The notes below the pieces were generated by a model. That model saw only the letters and a list, made by a program, of their open reading frames with translations, did no database searches and was not told the DNA's origin. Made by a program: the position numbers and the translations under genes. DNA of 44,083 bases. Source: Heptranchias perlo (lineage: Eukaryota). Below are positions 12,920-26,466 of the stretch, piece after piece. The stretch spans positions 7,068,001 to 7,112,083 of the forward strand of contig NC_090332.1 of the NCBI RefSeq assembly GCF_035084215.1, read 5' to 3'. The first letter of the stretch is position 1, and the number at the start of each line of letters is the position of its first letter.

Positions 12920-13699
12920 GGAGTGCTTCTGAGCAGACACGAGCAGCTGAAGACTACGAAAACCGACCAAAGCAGTCCAAATTACCTAATCAGGTGTATA
13001 TTAATCTACCTCTTCGTAAAGATCATCAGGGAGAGGGAGATGGTGGCAGTGAAAGCCAGGAGGAGGCGACACCAGTCAGTTCAGCCAACAGCACCCCGCA
13101 GGTCACTCCCACAAACAGCCTGAAGCGATTAACTCAGAGGAAGAAAACTGATATGGTACTGTACGGGTGTGCTGTGCTGCTTGCATCTGTGGCCTTAGGG
13201 TTTGACGTCAGAGAAGTGAACAAATCGCAGGTTTTGGAAGAAATTGAGGTCAAGGAGGAGAAGAAGAAAAAGGAAGGCCTCTTTCAGAGAACCAGCAGGT
13301 TTCGCAGAAGCACAAGTCCTCCAAACAGGACAGCACCCAAGAAGGACGAGACAAACATTCCCTCGCTGAACTCGCACGCTGTTAATCTCTTGTCAATGTC
13401 TTCCATATCCGAATGTAATTCCACAAGGTCCTTGCTCCGGTCAGACAGCGAGGAAACGTCCATTGGTAACATGCCCCTCACTCCTGACACTGTCATCCAC
13501 AAACCAGAATTCTTGACTGACAATCCTTCAAACAGTTTTGTGAATGGAACGCACAGGAATCTGGACGAGTCTCCTTTGTCGGACACTGATGCACCCGCTT
13601 CTGTAAGTCTGGAAGAATCCAGTGCAGTGCCAGCAGAGGGAGCTGCTAAACACAATGTAACCCACCGCGGGCAGATGCCATCAGAAGGAAGCCCAGCCA
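12920..13699 (+). CDS. MAP3K21: MAP3K21 large penultimate coding exon (C-terminal regulatory region)
   Basis: tccacag| acceptor, |gtaagt donor; includes KLPNQVYINLPL, TPTNSL, RKKTDMVLYGCAVLLASVALGFD, KEEKKKKEGLFQR; 780 nt, phase 1 to 1. Confidence 0.93.
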
Positions 13700-14184
13700 G
13701 TAAGTTTTTTTTTGTCAAGGGCCACAATTCCAACCAAGTGTCTTGCTCGGGGGCCACTCTCTGGAATGCTGCATCATGAATGAAGGGATGTGGATTTGCA
13801 CCTGGAATTCCCCACTCCACACCTGATTTTAATCACGCCACTGTAGGCCTGTTACCAACTTGGAGGCCTGGGTACTTCTCTCACCAGAAAGGGCACAGAA
13901 CCTCCCCTTTGGACCAATATTCTATTTGACAGTTGTATTTCAGCAGAGCTCTGTCACCTGTATGGAACTTGAGATAAACCTCTCTCCTCATAAGACACAC
14001 ACCCTTGCCTTCTTTTGCTGGAGAGCAAGAAAAGGAAAGAGATTAACAGTGAATCCGTCAACACCTCCATTGCTAGCAAGGTAATGAATGGGAGGCCCAG
14101 AGAAATATGGAACAGCACGTATGGTGAGAGCCACAAAAGGGCAGGTGGGCTACAAATATCCATGGGTCACATTATGAGGAAGTA

Positions 14185-15292
14185 AGGGTAGAAATTGCAG
14201 AGGTGCTGGCTGTAATCTTCCTTGGATATGGGGGTGGTGCCAGAGGACTGGAGAATTGCAAATGTTACACCCTTGTTCAAAAAGAGGTGTAAGGATAAAC
14301 CCAGCAATTACAGGCCAGTCAGTTTAACCTCAGTGGTGGGAAAGCTTTTAGAAATGATAACCCGGGACAAAATTAATAGTCATTTGGACAAGTGTGGATT
14401 AATAAAGGAAAGCCAGCACAGATTTGTTAAAGGCAATTCGTGTTTAACTAACTTGATTGAGTTTATTGATGAGGTAACAGAGAAGGTTGATGAGGGCAAT
14501 GCGGTTGATGTGGTGTAGATGGATTTTCAAAAGGCTTTTGATAAAGTGCCACATAATAGGCTTGTCAGCAAATTGGAGCCCATGGAATAAAAGGGGCAGT
14601 GGCAGCATGGATACGAAATTGGCTAAGTGACAGGAAACAGAGTAGTGGTTTTAAAAAAGCATACGGGATCGTGGGCTTTATAAATAGAGGCATAGAGTAC
14701 AAAAGCAAGGAAGTTATGTTGAACCTTTATAAAACACTGGTTTGGCCACAACTGTAGTATTGTGCCCAATTCTGGGCACTGCACTTTAGGAAGGATTTGA
14801 AGGCCTTAGGGTGCAGAAAAGATTTACTAGAATGGTTCCAGGGATGAGGGACTTCAGTTACGTGGATAGACTGAAGAAGCTAGGGCTGCTCTCCTTAGAG
14901 CAGACAAGGATAAGAGGAGATTTGATAGAAGTATTCAAAATCATGACGGGTTTAGATAAAGTAAATAAAGAGAAACTGTTCCCATTGGCGGAAGGGTCGA
15001 GAACCAGAGCACACAGATTTAAGGTAATTGGCAAAACTACCAAAGGTGACATAAGGAAAATCTTTTTTATGCAGTGAGCAGTCATGATCTGGAATGCGCT
15101 GCCTGAAAGGGTGGTGGAAGCAGATTCATTTGTGGCTTTCAAAAAGGAATTGGATAAATATTTGAAGGTAAAAAAATTTGCAGGGCCACAGGGAAAGAGC
15201 GGGGGAATGGGACTAACTGGATTGCTCTTGCAAAAAGCCGACATGGGCTCGATGGGCCGAATGGCTGCCTCCTGTGCTGTAACCGTTCTATA
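14185..15292 (+). mobile_element. CR1 LINE 3' portion with an internal deletion, in the last MAP3K21 intron
   Basis: VPEDWRIANVTPLFKK..NYRPVSLTSVVGK..SCLTNLIEF..DFQKAFDKV, jump at ~14650 to the late ORF2 region (RGDLIEVFKIM, WNALPERVVEA) and CR1 3'UTR; stop codons present. Confidence 0.92.
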
Positions 15293-15567
15293 TATGCAGT
15301 ACATGGAAGGAGGCTGAGGCTTGCTAAGTACAAACTTGATTATTGGGCTATGAGTTTCCAGAACAGTTGTCCTATTTATTTGGCCATATGATTTTCGTGT
15401 TTAGGGTATTATGTGCCAACCTGGTGTAGGCAATGCACAAAAATCAGCTTGTCAAATTCATTGCATTGTATGTCTGTTGTTATTTATTTGGATGCAGAAT
15501 CTTACTCTTTCAGATGGACGTGAAACCACTGATGGTTTCTTCATTTTCTTTTGTTAATTTCTCTTAG

Positions 15568-16004
15568 CTAATGGAGTTGCTGACTCCAGTCCACGTAGAG
15601 AGTCATCAGAGTTCCCTCGTCTTCCAGATCCCAAAACCATGTACCCAGCGTCTGCAAGACGAAGGGCCCCAAAAAGGGACGCTACACCCGAGAGACCAAA
15701 ATCTGGGGACATGGTGCCTAGGCCTCGGCCTTCCTTGCCCCGAATCAGAACAGACCCTTGGCGACTTGTGTCTCACTCGATCAGCCAAAATGAGTCCCCA
15801 GAAGGTTCAGGAGATGCCACAGCTCCTAGTTTGGACACACTCCTCACTGCTGAGCGTCGACCCAGTTTGCCCTTTGGTGCCTACTCTCTACTCGACATGG
15901 ACATGGAAGGCCAAAGCCAGGATGGCACAGTACCCCTCTGCAGAAGTGAATCCAAGCCTAGCAGACCAAGTGTCTTTGAACTGGAGAAAGAGTTTCTGTC
16001 TTAG
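15568..16004 (+). CDS. MAP3K21: MAP3K21 last coding exon, stop TAG at 16002-16004
   Basis: Polypyrimidine tract and ctcttag| acceptor in phase 1; ends SLLDMDMEGQSQDGTVPLCRSESKPSRPSVFELEKEFLS*, the MLK4-type C-terminus (ELEKEFLS). Confidence 0.93.
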
Positions 16005-17192
16005 CACTCACTGCCTTGGAGACAGGACCATGCAAACATTCCCTTTTTTTATTTGGGAGATTAATTATGTGAATGCAATGAGACCTTATTTGGGAAAAAA
16101 AATGTGAACAGAATGTAAATTTTTTTTTAGGTGTTTTATGGCGCTTTTCTACTGTAGGCCCATGGGGTCCTATCTGATCAGAACAGATGAAGAATGTTAT
16201 CTCACTACTTAGCTCTCTTCGTTAACACCTGACCCTCACCTCCTGGATCTGAGCTGGATTTGATCTTGGGTCTCTGGTACAGAAGGACTGTTTATACTGC
16301 ACCTAGCTATGGTTCTCATATTTGGGAAAGGAAGTGCATTTTGTTGCTGCCAACCTCGAGATCAATATGCTGCGTGTGAAACTGAAGGATCAGTTTTGCA
16401 TGTAACCCATGGTACATTGCACTTTGAATATTTTAAACAGCAACAAAATTTAATCTGAGGTCATTACAGCGTGCCCGTTCATATTTAAATTGCAAGTCTA
16501 GTTGGGTTTTTTGGGTTGTCTGTCTGAAGAAACTTGATTAGTCTTTTATGCATTGAACCGTTACTGTGGTCTTAAGAACTTTGACACTCTCTCTACGTGT
16601 AGTTGACCAGTATATCGACTTGACGTTCTCTTCTAGCTCACGACCTTAATTTTTTTTTCACTCTGGCAGAGTCAAAACAGTTCTATGTAAAGACGGTATC
16701 CCTTTTGTCGATGATCGACATAGTTGTCTTCTCAAATGCTAAGATGACCTACCTTGCTCAAAGGTTTATCATGGTAGTCACTATACAAATTCAATTTAAA
16801 TGTTGCAGTTTTCATTATGTTTGACAAAATGTGCCCCAAGAATCCGGGAGACAGATGAAGCAGCCATATTGCACAGATTATGAATAATTTTTTTAAAAAT
16901 ACATCAGCGAAGCTCCTCACAAATGGCTCGTGAGTAGAGGTTCCGTCGCTGAGCTATGCAGACCAGGGATGTCCCAGGTTTGTTCCCTGTCTGTGCTGAT
17001 CATAGGCAGAGCAGCAGTTAGGGGTGCTACAACTAACTGTAGCACACCTGGAAGGTAAAATCGACCAGGAATTGCATTTGTGATCACTGTACAAACGACC
17101 CTTGCCGTAAGTGTGGCTGTGGAATGAGGACAGGATTGGACCGGAATATAATGACCCTGCAGTCAAATAACCTACCAGCACTGACTGTCAAA

Positions 17193-17541
17193 GGAATAGC
17201 TGAACAGGAGTAGGCCATTCAGCCCCTCGAGCCTGTTCCGCCATTCAGTTAGATCATGGCTGATCTGTATCTTAATTCCATCTACCTGCCTTGGTTCCAG
17301 AACCTTTAATACCCATGCCTAACAAAAATCTATCAATCTCTGTCTTGAAATTTTCAGTTGACCCCCAGCCTTAACAGCTTTTTTTGGGGGGGGGGGGGGA
17401 GGAAAGAGAGTTCCAGATTCCCACTACCCTTTGTGTGAAGAAATGCTTCCTGACATCACCTCTGAACAGCCTAGCTCTAATTTTAATGTTATGCCCCCTT
17501 GTTCTGGACTCTCCCACCAGAGGAAATAGTTTCTCTCTATC
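17193..17541 (-). mobile_element. CR1 3' end nested in an older SINE, downstream of the MAP3K21 stop
   Basis: Minus strand EKLFPLVGESRTRGH..KHFFTQRVVGIWNSL plus CR1 3'UTR. Confidence 0.85.
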
Positions 17542-20442
17542 TCGAGGCTCACACATGAATTGTGGCAATTTGAGTGAGGTAATGGAGGGGGCCAGGTGCT
17601 TGTGAAACTTTACCTCAGTGAGGGAGTGTACGCCTTCAGGAAAGGAGGAGCAAAGATGGAACCAACTGTTGATAAACCAACAAAAGGGATACTGTCTAAA
17701 GTTTTGTTGCAGTCATATAATATAAAGTTTGAGCATTAAATAGAACAAACTCTACCATATAGAAAAGGAATTAAAGTACTGAGACATTGCCACTTAGATC
17801 TGAAGTCTTAATGTAGAATAAATTCTGAGAACTGTAACTGTTTCTGAAGTGATTTAAGAGGGCTATCATTTAAATGACATGTCTCTGAGATTAATGGCTC
17901 ACCTTTTAGAAGTGGAATTTCAGAAAATTGTAGCTAAGATTATGTACGTTAAGTATAAGGTCATAAAACTCCACCGCCAAGGGTTTTTTTTAAAACTGCA
18001 ACTTTACTTTTGAAAGATACAGTAAAAGCCACTCAAACACCGGAATTCGTTGATGAAGTTCAGCTGTTTTTACAGTGTCGTCTCAATTTTTTTTTGAGAA
18101 AGGAATGGCTATGAAGGCTTACGTGAAAAGTTTGTAGAGTGTGAATCGTTTCACCTTTTGGTTTCTACTTATCCACCTTCTTATTAACTTATTCAATTCT
18201 TCCAGGCTGCAAGAATCCACTAAAAAGACTTATTTTCTAAATCAAAACACAATGGCATATACAAAATATTCTGCTGCTAGTTCTCAACATATGTGACAAG
18301 CCTTCTCAAAAAGTTAGCCTGTGTGTAAAATGTAGTCCGTATGCTGAAGATATTTTTACAAGTCTACTGACCAGTTTGAACACTGATTTCTTTCGTACTG
18401 TATAGCTATCATAGATTTGACTGACTGTATTTAATTTGTTCTGACTTGTAACCCAATGCTCTCCAGATGCATCCTAGTACCCAATTTGCCTTATTGATTA
18501 TTGCTTTACACAAACTTGATGCTTTCAGGGTACAATCAACTATCACTCCCAAGTCCTTTTAAAGCTGCAATGCCTCACAAAGTTATATGGTTTGTTCAGT
18601 ATGAATGTTATTTAAAGAAAATTGTTCTGTTGGCACATTTTGAAAATGTTTCTAATTTTCTTTTTTTTTGTACATGGGTATTGCACAATCAAGAGCTGAG
18701 TTACAAGTAAATATTACATTCCACTGTATTGAACAAAGGTATATCCTTAGTTTTCAGTGTCAAATGCAGCAAAATTTTGCTACATCATTTTGCTTTTTAG
18801 TACTGGACAAGTAAAATCATAAAAAGCAGCCTGTAGGGCATTGTAGCTTTCAAATGTCTGTAATTCTTCTTATACTAATGTTTCTTTGTTGAGGTTGGGA
18901 TTTTTACTGAATGTTGGTAAGTTAATAGGCATTTTACATCACAGCAGCACAACCAGTGGGTCCCGCGCAGTCAACATCACTACCAAAAGCAAATTTACCG
19001 ATCTACGTTCATTTTCTTTTGCCTCCCGATCTGCCTCTGTTACTCCTGAGCTCCTTGTACAGCCCTGTAGATGTGCTGAGCTGATTCGGTCTGCCAGCAT
19101 GCTTAGGCCATGCTCGGTGCCAGACTTCCGGGCAAGATGTAGGGTTCAGCAGCTGTCAGTGCCAGCAGTAGGAAACCCCCCCCTCCCGATTGCCCAGAAC
19201 AACGAGCTTTTATTTCAGGAGCTGACCTGCATGAGGCCATTTCCACTTTACCATATAAATAGCGTAAGTAGGTCCCTTTTTCTGAGACCTGAACTTGGCG
19301 TTCATACCACGGTAAAAGCTGTTCTGGATGTATGTGGGGACACTCCAGCCATTTGTGTTAATAAAATGAAATGATGGTATTACGGCAGTGGAGTTTGAGT
19401 TCCTCATGTTTGAAATGAGTCATAAAGGGTATAGTTCCTCATAAGTTAAACGAGAAAGGGAACAGTGGAGCACTTTGTGCCCCTGCTGATTGTATCTGTT
19501 TTTGAAAGAATCATTTTGTTTTAAATTATACCTTTCTGTACTTGTACCAGCGGCCAGTAATAATCAGGGAAATGCAAGAGGATCCAGTGATGATTCAGAG
19601 TTCTCTAAGTGTGAATTTTTTTCTATCAGAGAATGTCATTTTTTATTTTAAATAGTCCAATAATACTAAACTTTAATGTAGAAAATGGAACTGTTTCACA
19701 TTCTTATCTGTAATCCAGTTGATTCATCTTGCCAGTGTTATTGTGTACTTTAAAACTAGCTAAGCTTTTTGAATAACAGGTTGTTGATGGCGTATCATCA
19801 TCTTTTACCTCTGTTCAAATACAATCTTAATTTTTTTTAAAGCATTAATTACTTTACATTCAAAGAGACTGATTCTGACTCTTGCTACTCGAAATCATAC
19901 AATATATTTGTGCTATGATTTTTTTCAGTAAAATAAGAATGCATACGACCACTATGTAAATCATCTGTCAAAGGTCTTTTCACTTGAAGATGCTGCTTTA
20001 TATATTTGTTTAGTTGTATTTTTACTGCAGTTTGAGACTTTGAATAATATTTATGTAAAATCTTAGGTATTAAATAAGAACTTGTTTTATATTTTGCCAG
20101 TGTATTTTGCCAAGCGGGCTTGGTCCATGCTGAGCCCAACAAAAGCTAATGGGAGTCCCTTTTGAGAAGCTCAGCATCAGAGTATGTGTATAGCCCATTT
20201 TGTTCCCCTCGTCAAATGTATCTTTTTTGGTATGAAAGCCCTTTCTAAAAAATATCCTTATTTTGATTTCATAATTAATCGTGTCTTGACTGAACAAAAA
20301 AATTGCAGAAACAAATTCTGTTGACCAGTGTAGCCTAAACATAAACCATGACGACTAGGGCTTGTTAATCACTGATCAGTGCAACTATAGAAATTGGGTG
20401 ATGTGAAATCTCTTCATTTACTCATAATGTACGCCGTCAATC

Positions 20443-20735
20443 ATAGGAGTAGGCCGTTCAACCCCTTGAGCCTGTTCCACCATTTAATTAGATCACGGCT
20501 GATCTGTACCTCAACTCCATTTACCTGCTGTTGATCCATGTCCCTTGATTAAAACCCATATAAAATACCTAGTAAAAATCGGTGGATCTCGGCCTTAAAA
20601 ATTTCGATTGACCCCCAGCATCTGCAGCCTTTTGCAGAAGAGAGTTCCACATTTCCACTACCCTTTGGGTGAAAAGCTTCCTGATTTCACTCCTGAATGG
20701 CCTAGCTCTAATTTTAAGATTGTGCCCCCTTGTTC
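20443..20735 (-). mobile_element. CR1 3' end, same subfamily as 17193-17541
   Basis: Colinear similarity to the 17.2-17.5 kb copy (ggagtaggcc..cagcccc..gagcctgttcc..ctagctctaatttta). Confidence 0.8.
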
Positions 20736-23626
20736 CATCATTTAATGTTAATTATCTGAATCTGACCAAGTGTAAACTATACAATAAATAGATCAGTACC
20801 ATCCATTTTAAATCTCTTTCCTAGGTAATGAATCTAATTTTAATGAAAGTATTCTTAATTCAACAATGATCATATAAATTATTTAATTTTTAAAAAAAAA
20901 ATCCATATTATGGGATTCTCCCAGCAGTGCCTGATAACTTTGAGTGCACGTGTAGACATTGGGTGAGAACACAATTGGGCTTGACTGTAGTACCCTCTGG
21001 TTAACCAATCTGCCAAAACTTGCTGAGTAAGCTCACATATGCAAGGTACCAGAGGGCAGCTAGTACCCATGGAGCTATACCCCAGGAAGAGTCCGTGCCT
21101 TCAAGAGAGATGGGGAGGAGATTTACTGAGTTTTTTTTAACATTTTATTCCTTTTCTTTTCCCCCCTTTTAAAATTAAATCTATTTTGCCCTCATCAAGG
21201 CCTGGGCATTAGTCCAGACTATCAACAATTGCATTATCCAATCATCCTCAACTAAAATCCACCATCATAATGAGGGTGGCCTTCAGCCAAGTCAGTATTC
21301 AGTTGGGATGATTAGTATCTGGTGTTCTAGGGGTGGTTACATTGGTGAGAAATGCTGGAAAGTTTTGGTGTGGCCAATAATTTCAAGCCAAAACAAAAAA
21401 AAAGGATGTCCTGCAGTGTCCTACTGCCAAAGGGAGTGAAAATTCCACTTGATTACAATGTCCTTTTGATGTAATGCCTATGCACAAGCTAGAACAAATC
21501 TAGCTACAACATATTCTCTCTCTTGTGGATATGAGACTTCTGTTTCCCCTCCCCAATTTCAGGGTGGAATTCTCCATCTTAAAAGTTATCTTCCTCCACT
21601 CTAGAAATCTGACAATGAAAAAGCAAATAATACAAGAACGTGGCTCACTGTTTTAAAAATTTAAGATAACTCCATAAAGTCAGCCTGTTTCCCTATAAAA
21701 TGAGTTATGTTTGAATGTATCTGTTTTCAACAGGACAGAGAAATTGAAGATTGTATTGCTGTTGAGGTCACTCACGAAATGCATATTTTTAACTAAGTTA
21801 TTACTGGAAACCAGTGCGCTTATGTATTTGGATTTTTAATTTTTTAAAATCTATTATTAAGAGTTTACAATGGTGTCCTGAGTATGGAACAAGACAGTCT
21901 GATAATGCTCCATACAGTACAATACACCTCATACCTTAAGAAAGTAACTGGCATTCCTATTTTGAATTAAATACAGTGATATGAAACATTTTCAAACAGC
22001 CTGAATTAAAACTGATTAATATGGGCTTTTTGATCCCTATTTTGTTATCTCCTGCCTTTCAGATTAGACGCTTCTACCCCCCATTCTCTTTTCTCCTCCT
22101 CCCCCCCCCCCCCCCCAACACACACACACAAAAATGCTGCTATACAACTTGAGATAGGCAGTCTGATTTCTAAACTAGTGCTAATACTGTTCTTAAGTAG
22201 AAGTTAGAAGGTGTGCGACAGCAATTTTAGAGTGAGTTACTGACTCTTTTGGTAAGATTCCAATACCTTTTTTTTTTCTCCCTCCCAACATCATGGGAAA
22301 TCCCAAGCACCCTTTTGGTTTCTCCCCTTGTAGCCAGATACGGTTGACAGCCATGTGGGTAACATTAGGAACAATCCTGCGTCCTTCCACTGTATGGGGG
22401 GAGCCTTTTGTCGCCCATGAACATAAAGTCAGAGTGAGGAAATATCATTTGGCCCATTGACCCCACTTTGACCAGAGTCCATGTATTTTATCATGGCCAC
22501 TTTTTTTTTGTCACCACTACCTTTGATCACCTACTTCAAAGGACGTCATTCCCCTACCCCCCTATGGGGCGGGGGGGAATCGGGCGTTAATATCTAAACC
22601 TCAATTTCCCTCCCTCCCTTCTCAAGGTTGAATTTGAGTAAAATAAATTATTTTAAATGCTAAGAGACTTTAAAGCAATTCAGTATTAACCACGAGTTTT
22701 TTTTCAAACAAAAAAAATGTTGCAAACTGCTTGAATAGATGTTTGGGTGTTACTCCTCCCTGATGCTGGGCTGATGTATAACTACATTGTTTCTGTGCCT
22801 TAAAATCTATTTTGCATTAAATACAGTGGGTCAGAACGAAAAGCCCATTGATGTTTGTAATTGATTGAAAAGGATACTGTATTGGGTGAAGCTTTGATTA
22901 CCGCATGTTACCGCTCATAGATAATAGACCAAATATTAGAATGTACCATTGTATTGAAGGACCTTATATCCCTCTGCCATATTGCTGTGTGCATACCCTG
23001 ATTGACTTAGACTGTAAGAGTTAAACTGATTGCACATTCCAAAATATATAGTTATTTAAAGTTGCTAAAATACTGCAAAAGTATTTGGGTTAAACAGCCT
23101 ACAAGATTTGTATTGTAATTCATAACGGTTTCACTTGCTGGGTTTCTGCATTGCAATACAGAGTTGCACGCACCTCAGTGTGGCCAAGGTGCCCATGTAT
23201 TTTTTTGTCTTAAAGGGAAGGTATTTAAATGGTGGTGGGAGTATTCCTTTGAGTGGATTGTGTAAACTGAATTGTTGGCACAGATGGGATGGATGTAATT
23301 GGACAGTATACTCTGCTTGTCAGTTTTACTTGTATCGCAGGCTGGTGGTGTTCACATCCCAGTTTGTATCACGGGTGCTGTTTGGAATCAAATATTAACA
23401 CTGTTACAGTACAAATCTATAATCGGATGTGTGTACTACTGAATATTTTTCTGTAGCTATAAATTGTTTTTGTGTTTTGTATTTTAAGTTGTAGTTGACA
23501 CCCACGGTACTGTTGAGGAAAATCACTGCATCACTTTCTGGAAAAGAGGTTATTTGTATGAGATAATTGTGCTGTACAGAGAATTCTGGCACTTTTTTTG
23601 GCCAACACCAGATGCATATCAGTTTT

Positions 23627-23632
23627 AATAAA
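23627..23632 (+). terminator. Candidate distal polyadenylation signal of MAP3K21
   Basis: AATAAA preceded by TGTA elements and U-rich unique sequence and followed by a T/GT-rich tract; repeats resume right after. Other AATAAA sites exist upstream (e.g. ~19360). Confidence 0.4.
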
Positions 23633-25059
23633 ACCCCAGTTTTTCAGTAAGCTGTTTATAGTTTATTTTATTGCTATATAATTAGTTTTCTTACCATGGT
23701 TCTATGGAGGAAGATATTGAGCTATGGGGAGAGCGTGGAATTTGTTTTAAATTGCTGAACAAAGAACCGACACGACACAATGGGTGAATGGCCTCTATGT
23801 GCTGTAAAGTTTTATGGGTATGATAAATGAGGCACGGTTGGTTTAGAATAAAAGTCTTTTTTTTAACAAAAACACAGTACTTGGAGTTTGGTATTTTCTT
23901 TTAGTGAGGACAGGATAAGACGTGGCTGTGATGTCCTCCACAATTGGATGGCTGCTAGTACTCCTCATCAAGGCCTCTAAGGGTTCAGTTTAAGCTGTGG
24001 CTCAATTGGTAGCACTCTTGTCTCCAGAGTCAAAATTTTGGGATCAAACCCCACTCCAGAGAGTTGAGCATGTACTCTAGGCTGACACTCCGGTGCGATA
24101 CTGCACTGTCGGACGAGACGTTAAACCGAAGCCCCATCTGCCCCATCAGGCAAATGTAAAAGATTGCACCCCACTATGCACTTTATACCATAGTAGGATT
24201 CAACACCTTAGGGAATGGGAGATTTTTTTTTGCACTGAGTTTATGTCAAGAGGGGTATAAATATTTTGATATAAAAGCAGCCAAATTACACTGATTTGGC
24301 CACTCCACCTCCAGCAACACCATAAAAGTAGGTTTGATGCTGAAGCACTGCCTCAAGTACAAAAGCTGCATCTGACAGTGCCCTGGAAACTACATTACAG
24401 AACAGAGCTTGCTTATTCCTTGGCATCTGCTGGCTTCTCTTGGTTTGCTCAATGTGATGGTTAGACTATTTAATCACATTTACCTTGGTAAAATGGGCCA
24501 CAAGCACAAACCACTTCAATTTGATCTAAAATGGTAGTCTTAATAGCAAGGTTGCAATTTGGTACTGAACTTGCAGTGTAATGTATTTGAATTACTTCCC
24601 ATCATCAACACCTCCTCCTAAATAGGTATGTGGACTTTTACTTCCTTTGCTTACAGGTTTCTGGGATGGAAACAGTATATGGAAGTTAACTCACCTTCAA
24701 AGTCAGCTCCAGATTGTATCTTTAAGTATCATGTGCTAATATCACCTTCCTAAAAGTCAACCTATAAGCATTCATTGGGGAGATACACCAGCCCTGCTGG
24801 ATTTTCTTAAACTCCCATTTCTCTGGACTAAATGAACTGTTCCTGTTGTAATTGATAATTCAGTCTAGATTCCTGAATCATACTGATACAGCTTAGTGTC
24901 CCTCATCAGTATCCATGGTACTAGCTTAAAATAAAGATAGTCTGGTACTTATATTAAATTAATTCTGCAGATTTATAGTTGTGGCAAGCATTTATTGCTA
25001 ATCACTAGTTGCCTTCAAGAAGATGGAGCCTTCTCATTAAACTACTGCAGCCCATAGGC

Positions 25060-26235
25060 TTGGCGAGGCAGGGACTGATTAGGAACAGTCAGCATGGTTT
25101 TGTGAGAGGAAAATCATGTCTCACTAATTTGATTGAGTTTTTTTGAAGGGGTAACTAAGAAGGTAGATGTGGTCTACATGGACTTTAGCAAAGCCTTTGA
25201 CAAGGTACCGCATGGTAGGTTGTTACATAAGGTTAAATCTCACAGGATCCAAGGTGAGGTAGCCAATTGGATACAAAATTGGATTGACGACAGAAGATGG
25301 TTGTGTTTCAAACTGGAGGCCTGTGACCAGCGGTGTGCCTCAGGGATCGGTGCTGGGGCCGCTGTTATTTATATTAATGATTTGGATGAGAATTTAGGAG
25401 GCATGGTTAATAAGTTTGCAGATGACACCAAGATTGGTGGCATTGTGGACAGTGAAGAAGGTTATCTAGGATTGCAACGGGATCTTGATAAATTGGGCCG
25501 ATGAAGTTTAATTTAGATAAATGTGAGGTAATGCATTTTGGTAGATCGAATCGGGCCAGGACCTACTCCGTTAATGGTAGGGCGTTGGGGAGAGTTATAG
25601 AACAAAGATCTAGGAGTACAGGTTCATAGCTCCTTGAAAGTGGAGTCACAGGTGGATAGGGTGGTGAAGGCGGCATTCAGCATGCTTGGTTTCATTGGTC
25701 AGAACATTGAATACAGGAGTTAGGATGTCTTGTTGAAGTTGTACAAGACATTAGTAAGGCCACACTTGGAATACTGTGTACAGTTCTGGTCACCCTATTA
25801 TAGAAAGGATATTATTAAACTAGAAAGAGTGCAGTAAAGATTTACTAGGATGCTACCGGGACTTGATGGTTTGACTTATAGGGAGAGGTTGGATAGACTG
25901 AGACTTTTTTCCCCTGGAGAGTAGGAGGTTAAGGGGTGATCTTATAGAAGTCTATAAAATAATGAGGGGGCATAGATAAGGTAGATAGTCAAAATCTTTT
26001 CCCAAAGGTAGGGGAGTCTATAACAAGGGGGCATAGATTTAAGGGGAGAGATACAAAAGGGTCCAGAGGGGCAATTTTTTCACTCAGGGTGGTGAGTGTC
26101 TGGAACGAGCTGCCAGAGGCAGGTACAATTTTGTCTTTTAAAAAGCATTTGGACAGTTACATGGGTATAGAGGGATATGGTCCAAGTGCAGGCAATTGGG
26201 ACTAGCTTAGTGGTATAAACTGGGCGACATGGACA
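25060..26235 (+). mobile_element. CR1 LINE fragment, degenerate RT
   Basis: [42 protein letters not shown]; multiple small deletions and frameshifts. Confidence 0.92.
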
Positions 26236-26460
26236 CGCAGTACATGGAGAGAGTAGTATCTAAATGGAATGATGCTCAGCAGTATCAAAAATGCACTTAT
26301 TTGCCTGCATCTTTCCTAGAACAGGAAGCTAGCAGCAGGGTGGGAAGAGGCTATGTCCTGCTGCAGTGTGGCTTGGTTACTCCTTTACATGTCTCACAGC
26401 TATCCTGGGCTGGAAACAACATTTTTGCACAGTATTTCACCTCATGGTCTTAAAGAATCT

Positions 26461-26466
26461 TTTATT
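26461..26466 (-). terminator. Candidate polyadenylation signal of the LC3C-like gene
   Basis: TTTATT on + (AATAAA on -), about 1.85 kb downstream of the stop, near the end of a largely unique AT-rich stretch before a CR1 insertion. Confidence 0.35.

Noticed and set aside
13284-13820. 178-aa minus-strand ORF
   Set aside because: Antisense shadow of the MAP3K21 780-nt exon; no recognisable protein
15571-16107. 178-aa + ORF overlapping the last MAP3K21 exon
   Set aside because: Alternative frame; the phase-compatible MLK4-homologous frame ends at 16004
18886-19374. 162-aa ORF downstream of MAP3K21
   Set aside because: Non-ATG start, no recognisable homology or flanking exon structure
23993-24065. 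tRNA gene
   Set aside because: tRNA-like A/B boxes are the head of a SINE and continue into the SINE body; no intact cloverleaf seen
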